Origin: Bacteroidia bacterium
GTDB taxonomy: Bacteria; Bacteroidota; Bacteroidia; AKYH767-A; 2013-40CM-41-45
Length of the DNA: 57,445 nucleotides
Assembly: GCA_020852075.1 (NCBI GenBank)
Contig: JADZBN010000117.1
Location: 1 to 57,445, forward strand
Direction of reading: 5' to 3'
A program made the translations under genes and the position numbers. Under the pieces are notes generated by a model. It made no database searches. It was not told the DNA's origin and saw only the letters and a list, made by a program, of their open reading frames with translations. Shown piece after piece: positions 43,933 to 52,359 of this stretch. How positions within the stretch are numbered: the stretch's first letter is position 1; the number at the start of each line of letters is the position of its first letter.

Positions 43933-44807
43933 TGGAAAAGGAATTACAACACCAGCTTGAAGCTCTGCTTTTAAAAGACTCTGGGAAGGCCCTGCAAATA
44001 CTGTCTGTCCAATCCGTTCCCGGCGGGAGTATCAATGACGCATTCCGGCTTGATACAACAGCGGGAAGGTTTTTTCTGAAAACAAATTCTGCAACAAAAT
44101 TCCCGGGAATGTTTGAAGCCGAACTGGCGGGACTGAATCTCCTGAGGGAAACCGGCACAGTGAAAGTTCCCCGCGTCATTTCAACGGGCAACACCGGGAA
44201 AACCACCTGGTTGCTCATGGAATTTCTGGAAGCCGGACGGCTACAAAAATCAGCCTGGGGCAGGCTGGGCTCGGACCTGGCGTCCCTGCACAGGGAAACA
44301 CATGCCATGTTTGGACTGGGACAGAATAATTACATGGGATCTCTCAGACAGGTAAATACGCCACACGGCACATGGGCAGAGTTTTACATATTGTGCAGGC
44401 TTGAGCCACAACTGCGGTTAGCACATGAATCAGAACTCTTAAGTTCCCTGCAACTACGAAAAATTGAACACATCTTTCCCCGCCTTTCAGAAATTATTCC
44501 CATCGAGCCACCCTCCTTGCTTCACGGGGATCTGTGGAACGGGAACCGCATTACAGGATCCGATGGATTTTATTGGCTGATAGATCCTGCTGTCTATTAT
44601 GGTCACAGGGAAGCCGACCTTGCGATGACCCGGTTGTTCGGAGGCTTTGCCCCTGAATTTTACGATGCGTATTCAGCCGTCTTTCCTTTACAGTCCGGTT
44701 ATGAACAAAGGGTTGGGATTCATAATCTGTATCCGCTTCTGATTCACCTCAACCTGTTCGGAACAGGTTACCTGGGACAGGTCATGGAAGCCGTAAACAG
44801 TATTTAA
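43932..44807 (+). CDS. Fructosamine/ketosamine-3-kinase family protein
   Basis: Motifs 'VPGGSINDAFRL', 'FFLKTN', 'LLHGDLWNGN' and 'DPAVYYGHREADLAM'. No ATG lies upstream of these motifs, so the start must be GTG 43932 (1-nt overlap with the upstream stop) or GTG 43869. Confidence 0.8.
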   Translation: MEKELQHQLEALLLKDSGKALQILSVQSVPGGSINDAFRLDTTAGRFFLKTNSATKFPGMFEAELAGLNLLRETGTVKVPRVISTGNTGKTTWLLMEFLEAGRLQKSAWGRLGSDLASLHRETHAMFGLGQNNYMGSLRQVNTPHGTWAEFYILCRLEPQLRLAHESELLSSLQLRKIEHIFPRLSEIIPIEPPSLLHGDLWNGNRITGSDGFYWLIDPAVYYGHREADLAMTRLFGGFAPEFYDAYSAVFPLQSGYEQRVGIHNLYPLLIHLNLFGTGYLGQVMEAVNSI

Positions 44808-44860
44808 TTTATTCTCTCATTTAAAAACATTCACCATATTTACCATAAATTCATAACGGA

Positions 44861-45280
44861 ATGGCTTCTCAACCCATTGATTCATCGAAGGCACCTGATC
44901 CCGTTGGGCTGTATCCTCATGCGCGAAGAGCAGGCAATCTTCTTTTTCTTTCCGGTGTGGGCCCGCGTGAAAAGGGAAGTACTAAGATTCCCGGAGTGGA
45001 AATGGATGAAAAAGGTGAAATTCTGTCGTATGATATAGAAGCCCAATGCCATTCTGTATTCCGAAATGTTCGTTACATTCTTGAGGCATCGGGCAGTTCC
45101 TGGGACCGGATTATTGACGTGACGGTATTTTTAACCAACATGAAAAAGGATTTTACCGTATATAACCGGCTTTGGGCAGCTTATTTTAAAGACCATCCTC
45201 CGTGCAGAACGACCGTTGAAATCAACAGCCTTCCGACACCCATTGCCATAGAACTAAAGGTGATAGCAGAAGTTGACTGA
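44861..45280 (+). CDS. ridA: RidA/YjgF/TdcF-family enamine/imine deaminase
   Basis: 139 aa. Motifs 'GNLLFLSGVGP' and 'PPCRTTVEINSLPTPIAIELKVIA'. Confidence 0.88.
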   Translation: MASQPIDSSKAPDPVGLYPHARRAGNLLFLSGVGPREKGSTKIPGVEMDEKGEILSYDIEAQCHSVFRNVRYILEASGSSWDRIIDVTVFLTNMKKDFTVYNRLWAAYFKDHPPCRTTVEINSLPTPIAIELKVIAEVD

Positions 45281-45390
45281 CGCTGTTCAGTAATGATTTT
45301 TCAGAAACCTTGTGGAATCCCGGTGCAATCCGCATCCACGGGGTAATTGCATCAACCATTTAAAGGGTCAACCTCCAAAAAATTCACATC

Positions 45391-46800
45391 ATGAAAAAAT
45401 CCGTGTTTGTATGGCTGTTCCTTGCCATTGCAGTTGCTGTGGCCAGCCTCCTCGATGCCTTTCCCGGCAGAGAAAAGCATGTAATCGTAATTCCCTCCAT
45501 GGTACAAGAGGCCATGAAAATCCGATCGAAGCAACAAGCTACGGCCTCCATCACATCCTTGCAGCGTGAGGTGAAGAAGACAAAAGAGAAAGGTTGTGTT
45601 TTCAGAACCGTGTTTAATGAAGAAAACTCAGATTCCAATTTTATTTACAAGTCATCGGCCAGGGTGTTGTCATCACAGAAGGAGGGGCTAGCCTGGCTGG
45701 TAAGCGCCCAGGAAAACGATGGTGGCTGGGGAGCCGGGACCCACGTGCGTCAGGACATTATGAATCCGCACGCCGTTCCATCTGATCCGGCCACAACTGC
45801 CATAGTATCCATGGCATTGCTGCGTTGCGGAAACACACTCAGCCGGGGAGATCAGTCCAGGCAACTCAGAGACGCCCTTTATTACCTTCTTACAACTGTG
45901 GAAGAAACTCCTGTGAACAGTCAGAATATAACCAAACTTTCGGGAACCCAGCCGCAGATTAAGTTGGGTCAGAACATTGATGTAGTACTCACCTCTCAAT
46001 TTCTGACAAATATGCTCGACAAAATTTCAAAAAATGATCCGGCGTATTCCAGGATTAAAAAAGCCAACGAAAAGTGCATCGGTATGATTCAAAACGGGCA
46101 GGAATCCAATGGAAGTATGAAGGGGGCGGGATGGGCTGGCGTACTTCAATCATCCTTTGCCACGAACGCATTGGAAAGTGCAAAGGCAAAAGGTTTGAAT
46201 GTGGATGAGTCAGCCCTGGAACGCAGCAGGGATTACCAGATCAGCAATGTCAGCCCAGAAGGAAAATCCATTTCCACGGAAGATGCTGCGGGTGTGATAT
46301 TGTATTCGGTTTCGGGTGCTGCGAGATCCAGTGCCCATGAAGCCCGGGAAGCAAGGATTGCTATTGAAACAGCCATAAAGGAAGGAACTCTTAAAAAGGG
46401 CGCTGCAGTTTCGGTTGAAAATCTCAGGAAAGCAGGAATACCTCCGGCAAAGGCCATGCGTTATGGAACAGCCTATGAGGTAAATAAAATATCAGGGCAA
46501 ATGGCACGTCAGGATGATGTGATGAACGGTTTTGGCAGTAATGGAGGGGAAGAGTTTCTCAGTTACCTGCAAACCGGAGAGGGACTTATCATCAGCCATG
46601 ATGTTGCATGGAAGCAATGGTACGACAACATCACGGGCCGGCTCATCCAGATTCAAAATGATAACGGAAGCTGGAACGGGCATCACTGCATCACAAGTCC
46701 GGTATTTTGTACGGCTACCAGTCTGCTGATTCTTTCTGTAAACAATGATATCGAAGAGCTGATGACAATGGACAGCAAAAGCGGGATTGCGAATCAATAA
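45391..46800 (+). CDS. Secreted prenyltransferase/squalene-oxidase-repeat (alpha/alpha toroid) protein
   Basis: Signal peptide MKKSVFVWLFLAIAVAVA. Repeat hallmarks 'AQENDGGWG' and 'IQNDNGSWNGH'. Confidence 0.68.
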   Translation: MKKSVFVWLFLAIAVAVASLLDAFPGREKHVIVIPSMVQEAMKIRSKQQATASITSLQREVKKTKEKGCVFRTVFNEENSDSNFIYKSSARVLSSQKEGLAWLVSAQENDGGWGAGTHVRQDIMNPHAVPSDPATTAIVSMALLRCGNTLSRGDQSRQLRDALYYLLTTVEETPVNSQNITKLSGTQPQIKLGQNIDVVLTSQFLTNMLDKISKNDPAYSRIKKANEKCIGMIQNGQESNGSMKGAGWAGVLQSSFATNALESAKAKGLNVDESALERSRDYQISNVSPEGKSISTEDAAGVILYSVSGAARSSAHEAREARIAIETAIKEGTLKKGAAVSVENLRKAGIPPAKAMRYGTAYEVNKISGQMARQDDVMNGFGSNGGEEFLSYLQTGEGLIISHDVAWKQWYDNITGRLIQIQNDNGSWNGHHCITSPVFCTATSLLILSVNNDIEELMTMDSKSGIANQ

Positions 46801-46819
46801 CCTCTCCCGCTGAAATAAA

Positions 46820-46855
46820 CTGAAGTGCCGTGTTTTTTCACGGCATTTCAGTTTT
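46820..46855. terminator. Bidirectional hairpin terminator
   Basis: 13-bp stem (46820-46832 ctgaagtgccgtg / 46839-46851 cacggcatttcag, one G.U), T6 loop, then tttt. T-rich on the opposite strand too. Lies between convergent stops at 46800 (+) and 47059 (-). Confidence 0.7.
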
Positions 46856-47058
46856 ACAGGCTCTTCCGGGTATGCGTTAAAAGTATGTACCGGAGACGAA
46901 CAGTTTCATTCATATTCATCTGAGAAAACCGGCCTTATATGGGTCAATAAATCAACAGCAAACCATGGAACGGCTTGACATTTTCATGCATAATCGCACA
47001 GGTGCCAAGGGCGTCAATTCCTGTTGTATTCGTTATCCGGAATCAGCGTTCCTTTTCC

Positions 47059-47466
47059 TTACAGCATTTGTGCATCCACGGTAATCCTTGCATTCAGCAC
47101 CCTGGAAACGGGACAGTTCTTTTCGGCATCTGCCACCTGTTCATCAAAATCCGTTTTTTTCATACCGGGGACTTTCACCTTCGTCACGATATGGGAGTCG
47201 GTAATGGTTCCGCCTTCAATGGTAATGCTGCAACTGGTATCTATGGATTCCGGAACACATCCGGCCTTTTCAAGATTGATTGCCAGTTTCATGCTGAAGC
47301 AACCCGCATGTGCTGCAGCGATAAGTTCTTCGGGGTTTGTTCCAGGGTCATTGTCAAACCGCATCTTAAAGGTATAAGGTATGCCGCTAAGCACCTTGCT
47401 GTCTGTGGAAAGTGTTCCGTTGCCGGCTTTTCCGCCTGCCCAATGGGCTGTTGCATTTCTTTTCAT
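47059..47466 (-). CDS. osmC: OsmC peroxiredoxin
   Basis: Closely parallels E. coli OsmC as I recall it: 'AHWAGG...GTLST', 'GTNPEELIAAAHAGCFSM', 'EKNCPVSRVL'. Confidence 0.88.
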   Translation of the reverse strand: MKRNATAHWAGGKAGNGTLSTDSKVLSGIPYTFKMRFDNDPGTNPEELIAAAHAGCFSMKLAINLEKAGCVPESIDTSCSITIEGGTITDSHIVTKVKVPGMKKTDFDEQVADAEKNCPVSRVLNARITVDAQML

Positions 47467-47533
47467 TTGATTTTTTTGGGATGATTCACTGCAAAATTAA
47501 TCAAATGAATACAGATAGGTGAAGATTTTGTGA

Positions 47534-47854
47534 TTACACTATGATATTGAATGTAAAGAGCAGGGTGGTAAGAAAGAGGAGCAGCAGCCCGGTCAGAAAA
47601 ATAATATCTGCAATTTTCTCATAATACGCTGAGCGTGATGTCACTGACCTGATGGACAAGAATGACAGGATGCAACTGGCCATAAAAAGGATAATGGCAA
47701 TTACGACAATTTCATCAATAATCGTTTTTTGAGAAACCTGAAAAAGCTTAAGAGATGTAAGCAAAATAAAACAAATTCCGAGCAGATTTGAGGATGCTGA
47801 GAGTATATGTGGTGATTTGTCAGGACCTGGTTTGGAATTCATGTTGTGAAGCAT
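47534..47854 (-). CDS. Small 3-TM membrane protein, unknown function
   Basis: 106 aa with three clear hydrophobic helices. Co-directional with osmC. No motif recognised. Confidence 0.5.
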   Translation of the reverse strand: MLHNMNSKPGPDKSPHILSASSNLLGICFILLTSLKLFQVSQKTIIDEIVVIAIILFMASCILSFLSIRSVTSRSAYYEKIADIIFLTGLLLLFLTTLLFTFNIIV

Positions 47855-48083
47855 CGTAATTCATGAAAATGCAATTGCAGACTTAAAGGTGTATCCTGAT
47901 TAACGGAATTCAGCATTTGATTGCCGATCGGCTTAACTGAAATAGTACCGCGGATGAAAACGGAGCTTTTTGAAATATATTATCAGATAAAAAACGAAAC
48001 CCCCGGGCAGGTACAGACTACCGTTTTTCCGGAGACACGTATTCCTTAGGTGCAAAATGTTGATTTGTTCGGACGATTTATTT

Positions 48084-48671
48084 TCAGTTATCATCAATAA
48101 AATAGAGTTTATTGTCTTCAACTTTATAGAGCATAGGAGCGATCATAATTTTGGGATAGCGGAGGCGCAGTCTTTTGGTTTCACTCAGGATGAAATCCGA
48201 CTCACTGCCGATTTCAAACATTGGGGCAAAGTGCATAAAATGGTCTTCTGCACGGTCTTTTTCCCAGCCCGCGGCCTCTACCAGTCCGTTGATAAAAAGA
48301 TCTTTCTTTCCTATGAGATTTACCATACCGCAGTGGGTATGACCGATAAGTGCGATGTGTTTTACACCGCCTACTGAAATAGCAAAAGACACCTTGAATT
48401 CACTATAGCGCAGGTTGGCGCCTCCTGAACGGATGATAAATGCAAAATTATCCGGAACCCGAAGGTGCTTTCTGTTGTCCATACACATGCCGATCAGCAA
48501 CTGAGCATTATGGTATTCTTTCAGAGGTATTTCAAGGTTGTGGTATTCCATCAGTAACCCAATGGGGGTATTCCGGTAAATGGAGGGTATGTCACCGGGA
48601 CCCGTGACGGGAAGTAAACTGCTCATAATCTGTATAATTGATAAATGCCCGTGAATATATGGATCATCCAT
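48084..48671 (-). CDS. Beta-class carbonic-anhydrase-like protein
   Basis: Beta-CA zinc-site pattern 'CMDNR' (C-x-D-x-R) and 'GHTHCGM' (H-x-x-C-G). 195 aa. Confidence 0.65.
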   Translation of the reverse strand: MDDPYIHGHLSIIQIMSSLLPVTGPGDIPSIYRNTPIGLLMEYHNLEIPLKEYHNAQLLIGMCMDNRKHLRVPDNFAFIIRSGGANLRYSEFKVSFAISVGGVKHIALIGHTHCGMVNLIGKKDLFINGLVEAAGWEKDRAEDHFMHFAPMFEIGSESDFILSETKRLRLRYPKIMIAPMLYKVEDNKLYFIDDN

Positions 48672-48791
48672 TAGATATTGCCGGGTTTTAATAACTTAGG
48701 GCGAAACTTCATCACACATTAATTTTCGGGTCATCTTTCAGAGATAATTTTGAGGGAGATTCAGGTATAATCAATGTTAAAAAACACAGCC

Positions 48792-50837
48792 ATGAAAACC
48801 CAATTATCCGCAACCGTACTGTTATTATCATTGACCACATTTTCTGCGTATGCACAATGGGAACAAACCCCTGGGCCTGAAGGAGGATATGTTGAGTGCA
48901 TCCAGTCTGACGGCATTAATGTTCTGGCGGGTACTCATTATGCAGGATTGTTCATATCCGATGATAATGGTGATACCTGGAATCAGGCTTTTTTTGACCA
49001 GGGGCACAAGGATTACGAAGCGTTGGCCATGATGGGAGACTATTACTTTGCCGGAGGTGGTTCAGGGATTATACGATCCATTGACCGGGGTGCAAACTGG
49101 GCCATTGCCATGAACGGACTCAATTATCCTGTGATTTCCTCTTTAACCATCGCAGGTTCCACCTTGTTTGCAGGAACGAAAGGCGGAGGTGTTTATATTT
49201 CTTCTGACTCGGGCAGTACCTGGACGGCAGTAAATAACGGGCTGACCAATATGGATGTGCTTTGCCTAGCTACAGACGGGATCAACCTGCTTGCCGGAAC
49301 CAACGGCGATGGAATTTTCCTTTCTTCAAATATGGGAAGTGCCTGGACTTCTATGTCTAATGGTATTAGCGGAACGGTTGTCCGGGCAATAACTTTTGGA
49401 AGCACAGGAGCATTTGCGTGTGTTGACAATGACGGCATTTATCAATCGTCAAATTTGGGAACAAACTGGAATCCGGTAAGCAATGGATTGCCTGCGGCGT
49501 ATTATTTTGAAGATATAGTTTTCAGCGGGCCGGATCTTTTTGTGGCTCCATACGGCTATGGGGTATATATGTCAACAGATAACGGATTGAACTGGACTCC
49601 CGCAGATTCCGGCCTTACGGATAAGGCCGTGTACGCCCTGTCCGCTCACGGAACCTATTTATATTATGGTTCTGATGGCGGAGGAGCATTCCGTTCGGAT
49701 GATCATGGAACGTCCTGGTTCCAGATCACGAATGGAATGTATGCCGGATATATATATTCCATGGTGGCAAAGGGGCCCTATCTTTTTGCATGCAAAAGGT
49801 ATAACGGAGTTTCCGTAAGTTATGATGATGGTGTTACCTGGAATAATGCAAACAACGGGTTTGTTGATCAAAGTATTAATGTTGTGAGTGTATATGGCAG
49901 TAAAGTCCTTGCAGGAAGCAGTTATTCAGGTGTATATATTACGGATGATGACGGCCAGAACTGGCACCCCTCCAATACCGGACTGACAAACCACAATATA
50001 AATGCTTTTTGTTATTCAGGGCAAAATCTGTTTGCCGGAACATCGGGTAGTGGTGTTTTTCTTTCGACCGACAGCGGAGCCACCTGGACCCCTGCCAACA
50101 CCGGAATTGCAAATGAGAACATTTCATCCCTTGCTTTATTAGGCAATACAATTTTTGCCAGCACCTATGCTAACGGAATATTTGTGAGTACTGACAATGG
50201 TTCTACCTGGAATGCTACTGCAACTATACTGAGCAGCCAGTCGGTAGTTTGCCTGTTAACCGATGGATTACGGGTTTTTGCAGGTACAAGTGGGGATGGA
50301 ATTTTTGTATCCGCAGACAGTGGTCAGACCTGGAACACGGCGAACAACGGATTAAACAACCTGACAATGGGGGCGTTGGCCTATGACGGATATTATATGT
50401 TTGCCGGATCATGGGGAGGCGTCAACTACAGCGATGACAACGGAACCACCTGGCACGATTTCAATTCCGGCCTCATCAATACGTATGTTGAAAGCATTGT
50501 GATCAATGACGGTTTTGTCTTTGACGGATCCGGGGGTGCAGGTGTCTGGAAACGGCTGGTGAGTGATATTACCGGAGTCGGTTCACTCAACGGGAATTCA
50601 GGAATACCCTGGTACTATCCCAATCCGGCCACCGGAAAATTATATTTTGATTTACATACCTATAAAGGGAGTCCTTTAATCATTACTATGTATGATATCA
50701 CGGGGAAATGTGTGCTGACCGAAACACCAGAGCAACCGGCAGGGGAAATTGACATTTCACAACTAAAGCCGGGATTGTATATGATTGTTTCAGAAACGGA
50801 AACAGGACAAATCAGTGATATGATTTCAGTAGAATAG
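48792..50837 (+). CDS. T9SS-secreted Asp-box (BNR) double beta-propeller protein
   Basis: Signal peptide. 13 Asp-box motifs (SxDxGxTW type, e.g. SDDNGDTWN, SSDSGSTWT, STDSGATWT) with a period of about 46 aa. Type-A T9SS CTD ('WYYPNPATGKLYF...'). Confidence 0.85.
   Translation: MKTQLSATVLLLSLTTFSAYAQWEQTPGPEGGYVECIQSDGINVLAGTHYAGLFISDDNGDTWNQAFFDQGHKDYEALAMMGDYYFAGGGSGIIRSIDRGANWAIAMNGLNYPVISSLTIAGSTLFAGTKGGGVYISSDSGSTWTAVNNGLTNMDVLCLATDGINLLAGTNGDGIFLSSNMGSAWTSMSNGISGTVVRAITFGSTGAFACVDNDGIYQSSNLGTNWNPVSNGLPAAYYFEDIVFSGPDLFVAPYGYGVYMSTDNGLNWTPADSGLTDKAVYALSAHGTYLYYGSDGGGAFRSDDHGTSWFQITNGMYAGYIYSMVAKGPYLFACKRYNGVSVSYDDGVTWNNANNGFVDQSINVVSVYGSKVLAGSSYSGVYITDDDGQNWHPSNTGLTNHNINAFCYSGQNLFAGTSGSGVFLSTDSGATWTPANTGIANENISSLALLGNTIFASTYANGIFVSTDNGSTWNATATILSSQSVVCLLTDGLRVFAGTSGDGIFVSADSGQTWNTANNGLNNLTMGALAYDGYYMFAGSWGGVNYSDDNGTTWHDFNSGLINTYVESIVINDGFVFDGSGGAGVWKRLVSDITGVGSLNGNSGIPWYYPNPATGKLYFDLHTYKGSPLIITMYDITGKCVLTETPEQPAGEIDISQLKPGLYMIVSETETGQISDMISVE
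48957..50456 (+). repeat. 13 Asp-box blade repeats (~46-aa period)
   Basis: First Asp-box (SDDNGDTW) at 48957 and last (SDDNGTTWH) at 50430-50456. Repeated frame: 'G(V/I)F.S.D.G.TW......GL....(V/I)..L...G..LFAGT'. Confidence 0.8.
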
Positions 50838-51168
50838 TTTTCTCCGGAAATTCATACACGGCTCATATTTTTTTTGTATTATTATTGAAATGGGTTGTGT
50901 TCAGACAGGAGCAAATAGTATTGTAAGGATGCCTGTTTTTATACGGAGTGGATATTTATACCTATTTGAACATTTATTCTTCTCTGCAAACAACAGGATT
51001 CGGGACAGCTTCAATACCGGAAATAATCCGGAGGATAAACCATACATCGGTAAATTGAAATTTATCCACGGGTTGATCTCTGAATAAAGTTCCTGTCGTC
51101 CATCCGCATGAATCCGGGCTTTATGAAACCGGTGATAAAATCACCGGGAAAATGTTAAATCAAAAGTT

Positions 51169-51582
51169 ATGATAAAGAAAATCGAAAAGATCCCCCAAAC
51201 AATTTTAGGATTGGAGTTTTCAGGAGAAATAACCGCAGAAGAATACAGAAGCGTTGTGTTTCCTGAAGTGGAAACACTGGCACAGTCGAATCCGGGCCTG
51301 AAAATACTTTGTTTTGTAAAGAAAGGGATTCATTTCAGTCCCGGCGCTCTGATAGACGATGCGCTGGTTGGCCTGAAACATTTTAACCATTGGAAAAAGG
51401 TGGCCATAGTTTCAGACCTGGACTGGCTTCGTCCGGCGAGTATGGCTATGAGTTTCTTTATTCCCGGCCAGTTACATTTTTTCCCCGAGAAGGACATGCC
51501 TTCTGCTATTATATGGCTTGAAGATGATACGACTTCAGGTGATATTTCACTTTCGGCAATCATGCCAACTGCAGCCATCTGA
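51169..51582 (+). CDS. STAS/SEC14-like (SpoIIAA-like, DUF3478-type) protein
   Basis: 137 aa. Pattern 'LEFSGEITAEEY...PEVE...KILCFV...WKKVAIVSD..W...' matches that family as I recall it. Confidence 0.6.
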   Translation: MIKKIEKIPQTILGLEFSGEITAEEYRSVVFPEVETLAQSNPGLKILCFVKKGIHFSPGALIDDALVGLKHFNHWKKVAIVSDLDWLRPASMAMSFFIPGQLHFFPEKDMPSAIIWLEDDTTSGDISLSAIMPTAAI

Positions 51583-51624
51583 CCGGAAACGAATATGCCA
51601 GGCGGTTTTCGGACCCAAATACGT

Positions 51625-52113
51625 ATGAAACATATATATCATATAGTATTTCATGCCATGAACTTTTTTTCAGTTTGTGTATATGGTCAGGAAGGCTCGA
51701 AGATCCGGGATATGGGAATGTTGGAAAAGCAAAAGCAGGTGATGGCGGAAACATATCCCGGTATTTTCACGATGGATGAAATAGACAGTGTTAAAAAACT
51801 GGATGAGGAACACAGCATGGTAAGTTACCGCAAATTCGGCAGGCATTATGAAGCGGTTGTAAATTCAGACAGGAAAGACATGTTGCTGGTTGCAAACTGT
51901 GAGGAAATACCCACCGGTGAATTACCGGAGATTGTCCGTAATGCGTTTTCAAAAAGCAAAGACGGAGGACAAGCCATTCACGATGCATATATTGTAACTA
52001 CACCCGGATCTTCTGATTTTTTCAGGATTGATTTTTCGGATCCGGAAAATGCCGGCATCCTGAAGAGTGTTTTTTATACAGACCTGGGCGAGTACCATAT
52101 CCCGCCATATTAG
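51625..52113 (+). CDS. Hypothetical secreted protein (possibly PepSY-like)
   Basis: ORF with a weak N-terminal hydrophobic segment when started at ATG 51625. No firm motif. Confidence 0.45.
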   Translation: MKHIYHIVFHAMNFFSVCVYGQEGSKIRDMGMLEKQKQVMAETYPGIFTMDEIDSVKKLDEEHSMVSYRKFGRHYEAVVNSDRKDMLLVANCEEIPTGELPEIVRNAFSKSKDGGQAIHDAYIVTTPGSSDFFRIDFSDPENAGILKSVFYTDLGEYHIPPY

Positions 52114-52154
52114 AAATAAATCCTGAACAATATAAGGATGTTGCAGTTCATCGT

Positions 52155-52197
52155 TTTATTCTCTCTGCGATCCATCAATGCAGAGAATAAACTTTTT
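52155..52197. terminator. Imperfect hairpin, possible shared terminator of convergent genes
   Basis: tttatt-ct-ctctgc (52155-52168) pairs with gcagagaataaa (52180-52191), giving 6+6 bp with a 2-nt bulge and an 11-nt loop. Followed by cttttt. Confidence 0.45.
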
Positions 52198-52359
52198 CTA
52201 TTTACAGTTGCCGTATTTTCATGACCAGCGGATGCTGAAAATATTGCGCAGCAGAAGACCTGGGGAAATGAGCATTATTTACTGTGAATATGTTATTCCG
52301 CCTGTTACGGTTGTCGGGTTTTAACGGGATGGATATTTTAAAAGTGTCCCCGGAGTTCC

